Notes: a model not told the origin generated them from the sequence alone. A stretch of 62,628 nt of DNA, filler included, from Candidatus Woesearchaeota archaeon (GCA_018399355.1; 3 parts of 3 records of this genome joined end to end with filler, not necessarily neighbours in it), one strand, 5' to 3'. Positions 50,507 to 59,408 are shown, counted from the whole stretch's first letter. A program made the numbers and translations.

Positions 50507-51411
50507 CACATTTTTGATTTGTTTTTCTCAAGGTCAAGAAGCTTTTGCCAGTTTTCATCAACATTTTCCTGAATTTCTTTTATTTCACTTTCATTTAAAT
50601 GCTTGAATCTACCCTGAGATTTAAGATATTCATCTACAGGAATAACTTTAGACGGCTTTTTTGAAATCTTAACAACACCTTTTTCAATCTCATACAAAGG
50701 AGTTATATTTGATTCAACTGCGAGTCTTGCAATTTGAATTGTAAAACCTCCTCCTAATTTCCATCCAGTAGGGCATGTGGAAAAAACCTGTATATAAGCA
50801 GGACCATTGAACGCAAGTCCTTTTTTAACCTTCTCAATAAAATCAAGAGGAAATGCAATATTTGCTGTCGCAACATAAGCGCCATGCGCAGCCATTATAA
50901 AAGGCATTGGCTTTTTGAATTCTGTCTTGCCGTGAATCTTTGATCCTGCTGGACTGGTTGTTGTTGAAGCATATTTGGGTGTTGCGCCTGAGCGCTGTAT
51001 TCCTGTGTTCATATAAGCCCCATTATCATAACAGATATAACAAAAGTTATCTCCTCTTTCAGCAGCTCCCGATAATGCCTGAAATCCTATGTCAAATGTT
51101 CCGCCGTCTCCTCCAAAAGCCAAAACATTTACATCTTTTCTTTTTCCCAATGATTTTAAAGCCCTGTCCACTCCTGAAGCTATTGCTGCTGCATTCTCAA
51201 AAGCGCCGTGTATCCATGGAATTTTCCATGCTGTTTCAGGATAAGGTGTGCTGAATACTTCCAAACAGCCGGTTGCGTTTACAACAATTGTGTTTTTTCC
51301 AGCTGCCTTTAAAGCAAGCCTTGCCATTAAAGCAGCACCACAACCAGCGCATGCCCTATGACCTGATGCAAAATGCTCTTCTGTTGTTATTCCGGCAATC
51401 TTATCATCCAT
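50503..51411 (-). CDS. porB: Pyruvate:ferredoxin oxidoreductase beta subunit
   Basis: [24 protein letters not shown] motif, [14 protein letters not shown]. Confidence 0.96.
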   Translation of the reverse strand: MDDKIAGITTEEHFASGHRACAGCGAALMARLALKAAGKNTIVVNATGCLEVFSTPYPETAWKIPWIHGAFENAAAIASGVDRALKSLGKRKDVNVLAFGGDGGTFDIGFQALSGAAERGDNFCYICYDNGAYMNTGIQRSGATPKYASTTTSPAGSKIHGKTEFKKPMPFIMAAHGAYVATANIAFPLDFIEKVKKGLAFNGPAYIQVFSTCPTGWKLGGGFTIQIARLAVESNITPLYEIEKGVVKISKKPSKVIPVDEYLKSQGRFKHLNESEIKEIQENVDENWQKLLDLEKNKSKMC

Positions 51412-51661
51412 TTTTTTCTACCTTTTTTTCAAGTGATTCTTTTCTTAATTTTTTGCTTTCTCCATTCCAGTAATCATGCCCAGAGCCCTGAAAGTCAACC
51501 TTAACCCTGTTTTTCTTTCTACAATTTGGGCATTTAATTAACTTGTAATGAAACTCAGTTTCAAACTCTGAATCCCATGCCTTCCCATTAAACTCTGTTC
51601 CGCAATATGTGCATGTTTTTTTTGAATGTATCTCTTTTACTATATGATGAACTGCTGTAAT
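51404..51661 (-). CDS. 85-aa zinc-ribbon protein with probable ATT start (not in ORF track)
   Basis: AGGTGA SD then ATT; CTYC...CPNC; stop overlaps porB start; fills the porA-porB gap. Confidence 0.65.
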   Translation of the reverse strand: MTAVHHIVKEIHSKKTCTYCGTEFNGKAWDSEFETEFHYKLIKCPNCRKKNRVKVDFQGSGHDYWNGESKKLRKESLEKKVEKNG

Positions 51662-51671
51662 CTATATCACC

Positions 51672-52850
51672 TTAACTTAGCCACTCTGTCTGATTTGTTT
51701 TTCCTGTTCTTTCAAATGCCTTTTTTATATGCTCTTTGGTCACATCTCTTCCGCCAAGACCAGCAACAAAACCATTTATTATTGGCTTGTTTTCTTGATT
51801 GTAAAATGCTGACTTAAATTCCGTAAATAATGCCCCTTCATTTCCTAAGGATATATTACGGTCAATTACTGCTATGTTTTTGATGTTTTTGCAGCAGTTT
51901 GTTATCTCTTCTTTTGGAAATGGCCTGAAACATTTTATCTTGATTAGTCCTACTTTTTTCCCTTCTTTTCTCATTTCATCAACAACAACCCTTGCAGTTC
52001 CGCATATTGTTCCCATTGCCACAACAGCATATTCAGCGTCCTCAATTTTATAAGTTTCTAATACTCCATCTCCGTATCCGCGATTAAATGATTTTTTGAA
52101 TTCTGTGTTTGTTTTCTTTATAATTTCTTTTGCCCTTATTATTGCTTCATGTGTTTCTTGTCTGAACTCCATATAAGTGTCCGGAAACCCTATAGGTCCC
52201 ATTGTAACCGGCTTTTTAGGGTCTAGCTTAAATAGAGGATTGTATTTTGGAAGAAATTTATTAACATCTTTTTCATTTGGGATATCAACAGGCTCAAATA
52301 CATGGCTTAATGTAAATCCGTCAAGGCATACCATTACCGGAAGAAGAACTTCATGATTTTCCGCAATCTTGTATGCCTGTATTATTGTATCAAGGGCCTC
52401 CTGCGCAGATTCAATGTAAAGCTGTATCCACCCTGTATCTCTTTCTGATATGGAATCCTGGTGGTCGTTCCATATGTTTATAGGAGCGCTTAAAGCACGG
52501 TTAGCAACGGCCATAACAACCGGAAGCCTCATGCCTGCAACAATAAATAGAATCTCATGCATTAAAGCAAGGCCTTGTGATGCTGTTGCTGTGAATGTTC
52601 TTACTCCAGTTGCCTCAGATCCAATAGCTGCTGAAATAGCGCTGTGCTCTGACTCTACATGAATCATTTCTGCATTAAGCTCGCCGTTGTTGATAAACTC
52701 TGCAAGGCGCTCGACAATGTGCGTATCCACTGGTTAAGTATTTACTTAAACCAACTGTGGTGTTATAGGGTACATTGGTATTACCCTTGGTTCACATAGT
52801 TTAGCGCCCAAAGCAACGGCAGTGCTTGCCTCAATTACTTTCCTTACCAT
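51672..52850 (-). CDS. porA: Pyruvate:ferredoxin oxidoreductase alpha subunit, split by a 30-nt intron: join(52755..52850, 51672..52724), 382 aa
   Basis: Exon 1 MVRKVIEASTAVALGAKLCEPRVIPMYPITPQ; exon 2 THIVERLA...ESEHSA...TATASQGL. Confidence 0.92.
52725..52754 (-). other. Putative BHB/BHL-type mRNA intron in porA
   Basis: Minus-strand TTGGTTTAAGTAAATACTTAACCAGTGGAT; two in-frame TAA; CCAC/GTGG helix with AG^T and AT^A cut sites; removal restores YPITPQTH. Confidence 0.85.
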
Positions 52851-52924
52851 AAGATTAAGGCAATATAAGAAATATTTAAATATATTCTTTTTTACCATTT
52901 TAAATGTGGGTGTTAAACAGATAA

Positions 52925-54094
52925 ATGGAAAAGGTTGGGTTTAAAGGATTAATTAAGTACAATGTTTATATTAAATTAGATAAGGAAGCAGTAGTCTTAA
53001 TCCTTAACATAATAAAAAAATCGGGCCTTTTGTTGGATGAAGAAACAAAAGAAAATCTATATAGACTCTCAAAAAATAAAAAAATCTCATTAAAGTTTAT
53101 GAAAAAATTGTCTGTTCTATTAGATATTCCATATTCTTATTTTTATAAACATATCTTGCTGATAACTAGTGTAAAAAATACAAATATAGGAATAAGGGAT
53201 CCAAAACTTCCGTTTAATCTTGGTAATGTTTCTGGAGCAAGATTTATTGGTGCAATCATGGGGGATGGAGAAATAAACAGTCAAATTCAAGTAAGGTATA
53301 ACAACCAAAATAAGGATTTAATAAACATAATAATTCATTGTGCTAAAGATTTGTTTGGTGATGTTGATTATAAGATATACTTAAGGAAAGATAAAACATA
53401 CCAATTGCACTTCCCAAAAATCGTTGGGTTGATTATGATTGAATTTGGTTTAAAACACGGCTATAAATCAGAAAATAGCTATAAAATTCCTGATTTTATT
53501 TTCAAAAAAAATGAGAAAATAAAATCTGCATTAATAAGGCAATTTTTTAATGATGAGGGAAATGTAAGAATCAAAGACAGAAGATTGCAGGTTAAACAAA
53601 CATCAAAGGTTAAGGTTTCAAAAGTTGTTTGCAAAGAAAAATCAAATGAAATTGCACATAACTTTTTAATTGGTATAAAAAAATTGCTTAAGTCTTTGGG
53701 AATTGATTCAAATATAAGCCTTGGCGCTTATAGGTATAAAAAAGCTGATTGGGAGCTTTCTGTTTATGGAAAAGAAAATCTTGTTTTATATAAAGAGAAG
53801 ATTGGTTTTGATTTATATGAAAAAACAAAAAAGCTGGATGATGCAATTAAAAGCTATAAATTTCCTTCTGCCCCAAGAAATAAAAAGCTTGATTTTGCAA
53901 TAAATAAATTTAAAGAAGTTGAAAAAAAATATGGATATGTAACAAAATATCTTCTTGCTAAAGAATCAAAAAGATCTTTAAAAACAGCTGTTTACTATCT
54001 TGTTGATTTAAAAAAGATCAATAAAATAAAAGAAGTTGAAAGGCCAAAGGATAAAAAAGGCCATTTTTTACCAAGAAAATATAAGTCAGTTTAG
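52925..54094 (+). mobile_element. Free-standing two-motif LAGLIDADG homing endonuclease gene with flanking HTH-like domains
   Basis: ARFIGAIMGDGEI and SALIRQFFNDEGNV motifs; intein-EN-like LLKSLGIDS and YKEKIGF; no intein splicing termini; antisense within por operon. Confidence 0.85.
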
Positions 54095-54370
54095 CTACTT
54101 TTCCTCTTTCTTCATAATTATTGCCTTTACAGGACATTCATTTGCGCATATTCCACATCCTTTGCAATAATCATAATTAAACTCAAACTCTCCTTTCTTG
54201 TTTTTTCTTATAGCATTGTCAGGGCAGGAAGCCCAGCATTTTCCGCATTTTATGCACTTTTCCTGGTTTATCTCGGGCCTAAAAGATCGCCATCCACCTG
54301 TTTTGTTTTTTATAGTGGAGCCTGGCTCATCTATTACCGCTCCTATGCTAACCTTTTTTTTCTTGTTCAT
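54095..54370 (-). CDS. porD: Pyruvate:ferredoxin oxidoreductase delta subunit
   Basis: KTGGWRSFRP; CIKCGKCWASCP and YCKGCGICANECP. Confidence 0.96.
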   Translation of the reverse strand: MNKKKKVSIGAVIDEPGSTIKNKTGGWRSFRPEINQEKCIKCGKCWASCPDNAIRKNKKGEFEFNYDYCKGCGICANECPVKAIIMKKEEK

Positions 54371-54915
54371 TTTGTCTGGTTGTAAACAGCTGTTATTGCT
54401 TTCTTGTTAAGCTCAGCTATTTTTTTTCCTTTTGTTTTTAAAAAGATATCATCAATTGCCTTTACTAATGATTTAAGTGAAATCTCATTTGTTATTTTAG
54501 AGAAAGCCCCAAGCACAGCAGTGTTTACAATCGGCTTTCCAAAGATTTCAATTGCAATAGATGTTGCATCAACTGTATGAACATCAAACTTTCCATTTAT
54601 TTTAATTTCTTCTGGCTTTTTGTTTGTGTTTATTATTATTTTTCCATTATCATTTAATCCGGATGTAACATCCACTGATTCCAGCAATGAGAAATCAAGA
54701 ACAACAACAACATCCGGGTTGTATATCTGGCTTCTTATGTTTATCTTTTCATCAGAAATTCTTGCAAATGCCTGTACAGGCGCTCCTGCCCTCTCAACTC
54801 CAAACATGGGAAATGTCTGGCTTTGTTTGCCGTCATCAAAAGCAGCTATCGCCATTATTTGGCCTGTTGTAACCGCTCCCTGTCCACCCCTTCCATGGAT
54901 TCTTATATCTACCAT
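54367..54915 (-). CDS. porG: Pyruvate:ferredoxin oxidoreductase gamma subunit
   Basis: IRIHGRGGQGAVT, FGVERAGAPV, NTAVLGA; start at ATG 54915. Confidence 0.96.
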   Translation of the reverse strand: MVDIRIHGRGGQGAVTTGQIMAIAAFDDGKQSQTFPMFGVERAGAPVQAFARISDEKINIRSQIYNPDVVVVLDFSLLESVDVTSGLNDNGKIIINTNKKPEEIKINGKFDVHTVDATSIAIEIFGKPIVNTAVLGAFSKITNEISLKSLVKAIDDIFLKTKGKKIAELNKKAITAVYNQTK

Positions 54916-55004
54916 CTTTTTATGATAATAGGAATGATTGAAACTATTTATATCTTTTTGTTTTGCTGAAAACATTTATAAAGCAATAATTTAATCTTTA
55001 GTTT

Positions 55005-55160
55005 ATGAAATGCGAAATATGCAAAAAAAGGATTGATGAAACGTTTTTGAAGAAGATAATTGGAACTTATGTTAAGGATGAAAAAGGCAAAAAGCATTCA
55101 ATATGCTTTGAGTGCCAGAAAAAGTTTCCAAGCAAGGAAGAACTTCTCAAAAATATATAA
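55005..55160 (+). CDS. 51-aa zinc-finger microprotein (not in ORF track)
   Basis: MKCEICKKRIDETFLKKIIGTYVKDEKGKKHSICFECQKKFPSKEELLKNI*; TATA upstream. Confidence 0.75.
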   Translation: MKCEICKKRIDETFLKKIIGTYVKDEKGKKHSICFECQKKFPSKEELLKNI

Positions 55161-55161
55161 T

Positions 55162-55234
55162 GCCTCGGTAGCTTAGTTAGCAGAGCAGCAGATTCGTAAT
55201 CTGCAGGTCGGGGGTGCAACTCCCTCTCGAGGCT
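55162..55234 (+). tRNA. tRNA-Thr(CGT)
   Basis: Acceptor GCCTCGG/TCGAGGC, anticodon arm GCAGA-TTCGTAA-TCTGC, U discriminator; atypical T-loop TGCAACT. Confidence 0.9.
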
Positions 55235-55236
55235 TT

Positions 55237-56055
55237 TTAATTATTAGAAAAATCCCTTATTTTTTTCTTGATTTCTGGAAGGGCCTTCTCAGCAGCTTTT
55301 TCTCCTTCTTCTATAAAATGCTTAACCTGCCTGAACTTAAAGCCGTCTGCCTTGTCAGAAAGGCTTCTTGTAACAGGCCTTATCACAACCTGGTTTTTCA
55401 CAGAATGCAGATTTAATCTTGTAAGCTCTGACCTTAAAATGTAAAATGACTGCATAAGAGTATTAACCATGTTTGGCTCTTTGATTTTGACTTCCTCGCT
55501 TGTTGTCAAGTCAACTGCAATTAAAATATCAGCCCCCATTTTTTTCACAACATCAACAGGAGTTGGATTTATTAAAGCACCGTCAACAAGCCATTTATTT
55601 TTTATCTTAACTGGATAGAAAATTCCGGGAACGCTTATACTTGCCCTAACTGCATCAGACAAATCTCCTTTTTTGATATGAACTTCTTTTCCACTTTCTA
55701 AATCAGTTGCAATTATTGTAATAGGTATTTTAACATCATTAAAGCTTCTGTTTTCAAATGATTTTGATATTTCCTTTTTTATCTTATCTCCTTTTATAAG
55801 CGCTTTTTTCGGGTTAATAGGATCAATAAAATTTATTATCCTCTTTTTGCTGATTTCATAGCTTATTCTCTCGAATCCTGAAATTTCATTATTCAAAGCA
55901 TAGTATGCTCCCACTAAAGCGCCTGCGCTTGCCCCTGCAATAAAATCAACAGGAATCTTGTTTTTAATTAGAACTTTCAAAACACCTATATGAGATATTC
56001 CCCTTGCACCTCCTCCTCCTAGTGCAAGACCTATTTTTGGTGTTTTAGATTTCAT
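55237..56055 (-). CDS. Patatin-like phospholipase
   Basis: GGGGARG, GASAG nucleophile elbow, DGA motif. Confidence 0.92.
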   Translation of the reverse strand: MKSKTPKIGLALGGGGARGISHIGVLKVLIKNKIPVDFIAGASAGALVGAYYALNNEISGFERISYEISKKRIINFIDPINPKKALIKGDKIKKEISKSFENRSFNDVKIPITIIATDLESGKEVHIKKGDLSDAVRASISVPGIFYPVKIKNKWLVDGALINPTPVDVVKKMGADILIAVDLTTSEEVKIKEPNMVNTLMQSFYILRSELTRLNLHSVKNQVVIRPVTRSLSDKADGFKFRQVKHFIEEGEKAAEKALPEIKKKIRDFSNN

Positions 56056-56133
56056 AGTAAAAACAACAAGTTGATGAGTATTTAAAATTTTCTTTAAAAA
56101 CCGAAAGATTTATATGAGTAAGGGTTGTTTTCA

Positions 56134-56157
56134 TTTAAAAAGGCCTTTAAAAAGGCC
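56134..56157 (+). repeat. Tandem 12-bp repeat TTTAAAAAGGCC x2 in tbp leader
   Basis: Exact direct repeat read from the sequence; also self-complementary GGCCTTT/AAAGGCC. Confidence 0.8.
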
Positions 56158-56169
56158 ATGGGGGTAAAA

Positions 56170-56712
56170 ATGGCAAAAGGAATAAGAATTGTCAATATGG
56201 TTATATCCACGGAGTTCAAGCATCCTTTAAACCTTGAGAAAATAGCATCTTCAATACAGGGCACAGAGTACAATCCAGAACAGTTTCCTGGTCTGGTTAT
56301 AAGGCTGAAAAACCCAAAATCTTCTGCACTTCTATTCACAACAGGCCGTGTTGTATGCACAGGAGCCAAAACAATGAAAGAAGTAAAAGAGGCTATACAT
56401 AAGATAATGAAGCTACTTGAAAAAGTAAAAGTAAAAATAGACATTGAGCCAGAGATACATGTCCAGAATATGGTGGCATCAGGTGCTTTAGGTTTTGCAT
56501 TAAATCTCAATGACCTTGTTATGAAATTAAGGAATGTTGAGTATGAGCCTGAGCAATTTCCCGGGCTGGTTTATAAGATAAAAGATCCAAAGGCAAGCTT
56601 TTTGCTTTTCTCAAACGGAAAGATTGTATGCACAGGAGTGAAAAGCAAGAAAGAGGCTGATATAGCTGTTGAAAAGCTTGAGGAAACACTTGCCAATCTA
56701 AAGAAAAAATAA
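56170..56712 (+). CDS. tbp: TATA-binding protein
   Basis: Two repeats of EY.PEQFPGLV...LLF..G..VCTG. Confidence 0.97.
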   Translation: MAKGIRIVNMVISTEFKHPLNLEKIASSIQGTEYNPEQFPGLVIRLKNPKSSALLFTTGRVVCTGAKTMKEVKEAIHKIMKLLEKVKVKIDIEPEIHVQNMVASGALGFALNLNDLVMKLRNVEYEPEQFPGLVYKIKDPKASFLLFSNGKIVCTGVKSKKEADIAVEKLEETLANLKKK

Positions 56713-56713
56713 G

Positions 56714-56935
56714 ATGAAAGAGCTTAAAGAACATGATCTTGAGGAGATGAATAAGGCTTTTCTCTCTCTCAAGTCAAAAAGAATAGAAATAAGCGAAAAA
56801 GACTTTTCGAAGGCAATGCGCTGGAAGCTTGATGAGACAGTTGAAGCCTTAAAGGCAATATTCAACAATCCTGAAAAGTACAAAACTATTTTTTACGTTC
56901 TTTTAAGCTCAGACAACAGATTTTTTTTAAGATAA
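56714..56935 (+). CDS. Hypothetical protein
   Basis: 73-aa ORF directly after tbp. Confidence 0.55.
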   Translation: MKELKEHDLEEMNKAFLSLKSKRIEISEKDFSKAMRWKLDETVEALKAIFNNPEKYKTIFYVLLSSDNRFFLR

Positions 56936-57841
56936 TTCTTTTATTTCCTGAAAAGAATTATCATCTATTATTCTATAAAACTTTAATCCGCCAAGAAATC
57001 CTGCCTTGAAGTCATCAGGATTTTCAATTTCATTCCTGCTCATCATGTTTGCGATAAGCAAATCTTTATCTTTGATACTGAAAAAAAGCAGCTCATTTTT
57101 AAATTTTTTAAATGAATTTATCTTCATATAATAGAACCCTTTTCTTGGATAAGGAATTGTTTTAAATCCCAATGATTTTTTAAAGAGGTAAAGGCCAGTG
57201 GAAAGGTGGTTTCCGTATATGTTTATGTCCATCCCTCTTAAAACAAGTTTAATGCCCTTTTCTATAGCGTGGTTGATTAGATGATAGTTTAAAAGCTCAT
57301 TTATCCCCAATATCATAAAAGCTTTTTTTGTTGATGAAAATCCGATAGACCATCTTTCCTTGAAATAATCATTTTCAGGCATTTTCTTAAATACTATTCC
57401 GCCGATTATCTTGCCTTGTTTTAATGCAAAGATCCCTCCTTTTCTTTCATTATTGGTGTCAAACCATGATTCATCAACATGAAACTCTTTTTTTTCTTTT
57501 AAGCTGATATTTTCCCTGTAAACATCAATCCACTCAAAAAAATGCTGTTTTTCTAAGGGAAACTCAAAGCAGAAATCAATGTTATCGTCTTTTGCTTTTT
57601 TCAGTGATTTTTTTATTTTTTTTCTTTTGTTTTTTGAAAGTGAATTAAGGTAATCCTCTTCTGTTTTCGGAACATCAAACTTGTAGGTTACTTTGTAAGA
57701 AAGGTAAAAGAATTTTTCTGTATCTTTGGGTTTTTCCTTGATGTAGATTATGTCTGTATCCTTAAGGTTTTCCTTGTTAAGCTCGCTTTCTTTATCAGAG
57801 AAAAGCAGGTTAAGTCCGGCAGATGTTTCCTTGTGAATCAT
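56927..57841 (-). CDS. GNAT/FemAB-like acyltransferase-fold protein
   Basis: EDYLNSLSKNKRKKIKKSLKKA and GLYLFKKSLGF patterns. Confidence 0.65.
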   Translation of the reverse strand: MIHKETSAGLNLLFSDKESELNKENLKDTDIIYIKEKPKDTEKFFYLSYKVTYKFDVPKTEEDYLNSLSKNKRKKIKKSLKKAKDDNIDFCFEFPLEKQHFFEWIDVYRENISLKEKKEFHVDESWFDTNNERKGGIFALKQGKIIGGIVFKKMPENDYFKERWSIGFSSTKKAFMILGINELLNYHLINHAIEKGIKLVLRGMDINIYGNHLSTGLYLFKKSLGFKTIPYPRKGFYYMKINSFKKFKNELLFFSIKDKDLLIANMMSRNEIENPDDFKAGFLGGLKFYRIIDDNSFQEIKELS

Positions 57842-57919
57842 GGAAAAAATTACAGATACTGCCCCTATATAAATCTTGTTAATGGATAAATTTAAAAATA
57901 AGCTATCTTTACTTTTTTT

Positions 57920-58291
57920 ATGGACGAATTAGAAGACAAGATTATTCTTGGGCTTGATGAGTACATAACAATAATAGACAAGAGCGGAAATGAAAAGAGG
58001 TTTCTTGCAAGAATAGACTCAGGAGCTGAATCAAGTTCAATTGATGAATCAATATATGATGACCTTTTTTTGGGCCCTGTTGTAGGAACAAAACTGGTAA
58101 AGTCTGCATCAGGCAAGAAAAGAAGAAAGGTTGTAAGAATAAAAATAAAGCTTAAAGGCAAAGAGTTCAAGGAAAAATTCACAATAGCAGACAGAAAAGA
58201 TTTAACTTATAAGGTTCTTATCGGCCATGACATTCTAACCAAGGGTTTTATGATAGACCCTTCAATAGAAAGAATAAGAGAAAGAGTATAA
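57920..58291 (+). CDS. RimK-associated retropepsin-like aspartyl protease family protein
   Basis: ARIDSGAESSSID, VKSASG...R and DR..LTYKVLIG motifs. Confidence 0.8.
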   Translation: MDELEDKIILGLDEYITIIDKSGNEKRFLARIDSGAESSSIDESIYDDLFLGPVVGTKLVKSASGKKRRKVVRIKIKLKGKEFKEKFTIADRKDLTYKVLIGHDILTKGFMIDPSIERIRERV

Positions 58292-58299
58292 AAAAATAA

Positions 58300-59073
58300 T
58301 TATATTTTGTTGAATAATTTTTTTAGTATATCCAATGTGTAAAGGGTTATTGCATATGCCTGCTGCCTTGTTGGAAAAAATGCTTCTTTTTTCTTGTGAA
58401 CCGAAGAGATTCTTACTTTGTTGATTAGATGAATCTGGTCTTTTATAGCAGGGTCAAAATCTATCTTATCATTAAGCTTTCCTATAAGGTTGCCTAATCC
58501 TATGCCTGGACTTGTTTCAAGAATATCCTTTCCTGTAACTTCATAATATTTTCTGTGCAATGCTGTCTCAAGAACCCTGCCGCATAGTATTGTCACAGAG
58601 CGATAGCATTTTGCATTAAAACATCGCTTAAGTTCGCGAATATCTGCCTTTACATCTGACTCAATGCTTAATGGAAGTGAGGGAATCTCAAATTCAATAT
58701 ATTCCTCTTTTTGTGCTCCTGACTTTAAAGAAGAAATTTTTTCCTGTATTTCATTAATGTATGACAACACATCTTCAAAATTAGACATATTATACTTTTG
58801 CTCTGCTTTAATTGCAAGGTCAAGTATCTCAATTATATTTTTTTCATTTGATTTCTTTAGGTTATGTATTCTGCATAAAGACCACGCAGAACTGTTAAAC
58901 TGCTTCATTGAGGATGAAAGTGAGCTCTTAAGGTAATCTGTCCTGTTCTGTCTGAAATCATATATCCTTTTTGGTGATTTCTTTTTAAGGTCTATATTCT
59001 TTGACATAGCATTTTCAAGACTGGATTTAAGATCTTTAATGCTTTTTTTGAAATCAAGAATTGGATCGTGCAT
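58300..59073 (-). CDS. DUF4145 (HEPN-like) domain protein
   Basis: E..RCF...CYRS..ILCGR.LE, LGNLI and R...VH. Confidence 0.75.
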   Translation of the reverse strand: MHDPILDFKKSIKDLKSSLENAMSKNIDLKKKSPKRIYDFRQNRTDYLKSSLSSSMKQFNSSAWSLCRIHNLKKSNEKNIIEILDLAIKAEQKYNMSNFEDVLSYINEIQEKISSLKSGAQKEEYIEFEIPSLPLSIESDVKADIRELKRCFNAKCYRSVTILCGRVLETALHRKYYEVTGKDILETSPGIGLGNLIGKLNDKIDFDPAIKDQIHLINKVRISSVHKKKEAFFPTRQQAYAITLYTLDILKKLFNKI

Positions 59074-59176
59074 AATAAAAAGATAATGACTGCAGCTTAA
59101 TAAAATTTTTGAAAAGCTTTCAGAAACGTTTAAATAATAAGCTTATTTACTAAAAACTGTTAAAAGGAGGTTTTAA

Positions 59177-59407
59177 ATGAAAATCACTATTGACACAAAA
59201 GAGGATTCTGTTGAAGAGTTGAAAAAACTGATAAAGATGCTTTCAAGCATTGTTGGGGAAGAATATGAAACAAAACAGGAAAGTGAGGAAATCCCAGAAG
59301 TTACTGAGGGCACTTTCAACATGTTCAATTATTCAAAAACAGAAGAAACAAAACAACCAGAGCAAAAGCAGGATGAATTTGATCTAAACAACATAGAAAC
59401 CTACTAA
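59177..59407 (+). CDS. Small acidic hypothetical protein
   Basis: GGAGG SD; first gene of the archease-rtcB operon. Confidence 0.7.
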   Translation: MKITIDTKEDSVEELKKLIKMLSSIVGEEYETKQESEEIPEVTEGTFNMFNYSKTEETKQPEQKQDEFDLNNIETY

Positions 59408-59408
59408 A

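Noticed and set aside
51672..52730. porA starting at GTG 52730 as in the ORF track
   Set aside because: It would omit the conserved YPITP motif, which is encoded in-frame just upstream; the GTG lies inside the predicted intron.
52725..52754. porA as a pseudogene, or stop-codon readthrough/recoding
   Set aside because: Both exons and the other por genes are intact, and TAA is the normal stop throughout the window. Readthrough would add 10 residues in the active-site loop, whereas BHB-rule excision is exact. Not formally excluded without RNA data.
52728..52760. Translational bypassing (CCA take-off to CCA landing) over the hairpin
   Set aside because: It would give YPITPVDTH rather than the conserved YPITPQTH, and the stop does not directly follow the take-off codon; less parsimonious than splicing.
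52851..52898. In-frame upstream ATG at 52898 (MVKKNIFKYFLYCLNL) extending porA
   Set aside because: The extension runs through the TATA-like box and is not POR-like; ATG 52850 fits a leaderless start and typical PorA length.
52925..54094. Intein or group I intron-encoded endonuclease
   Set aside because: No N-terminal Cys/Ser block or C-terminal HN splice motif, no host extein, opposite strand to por genes, and too little flanking non-coding sequence for a ribozyme core.
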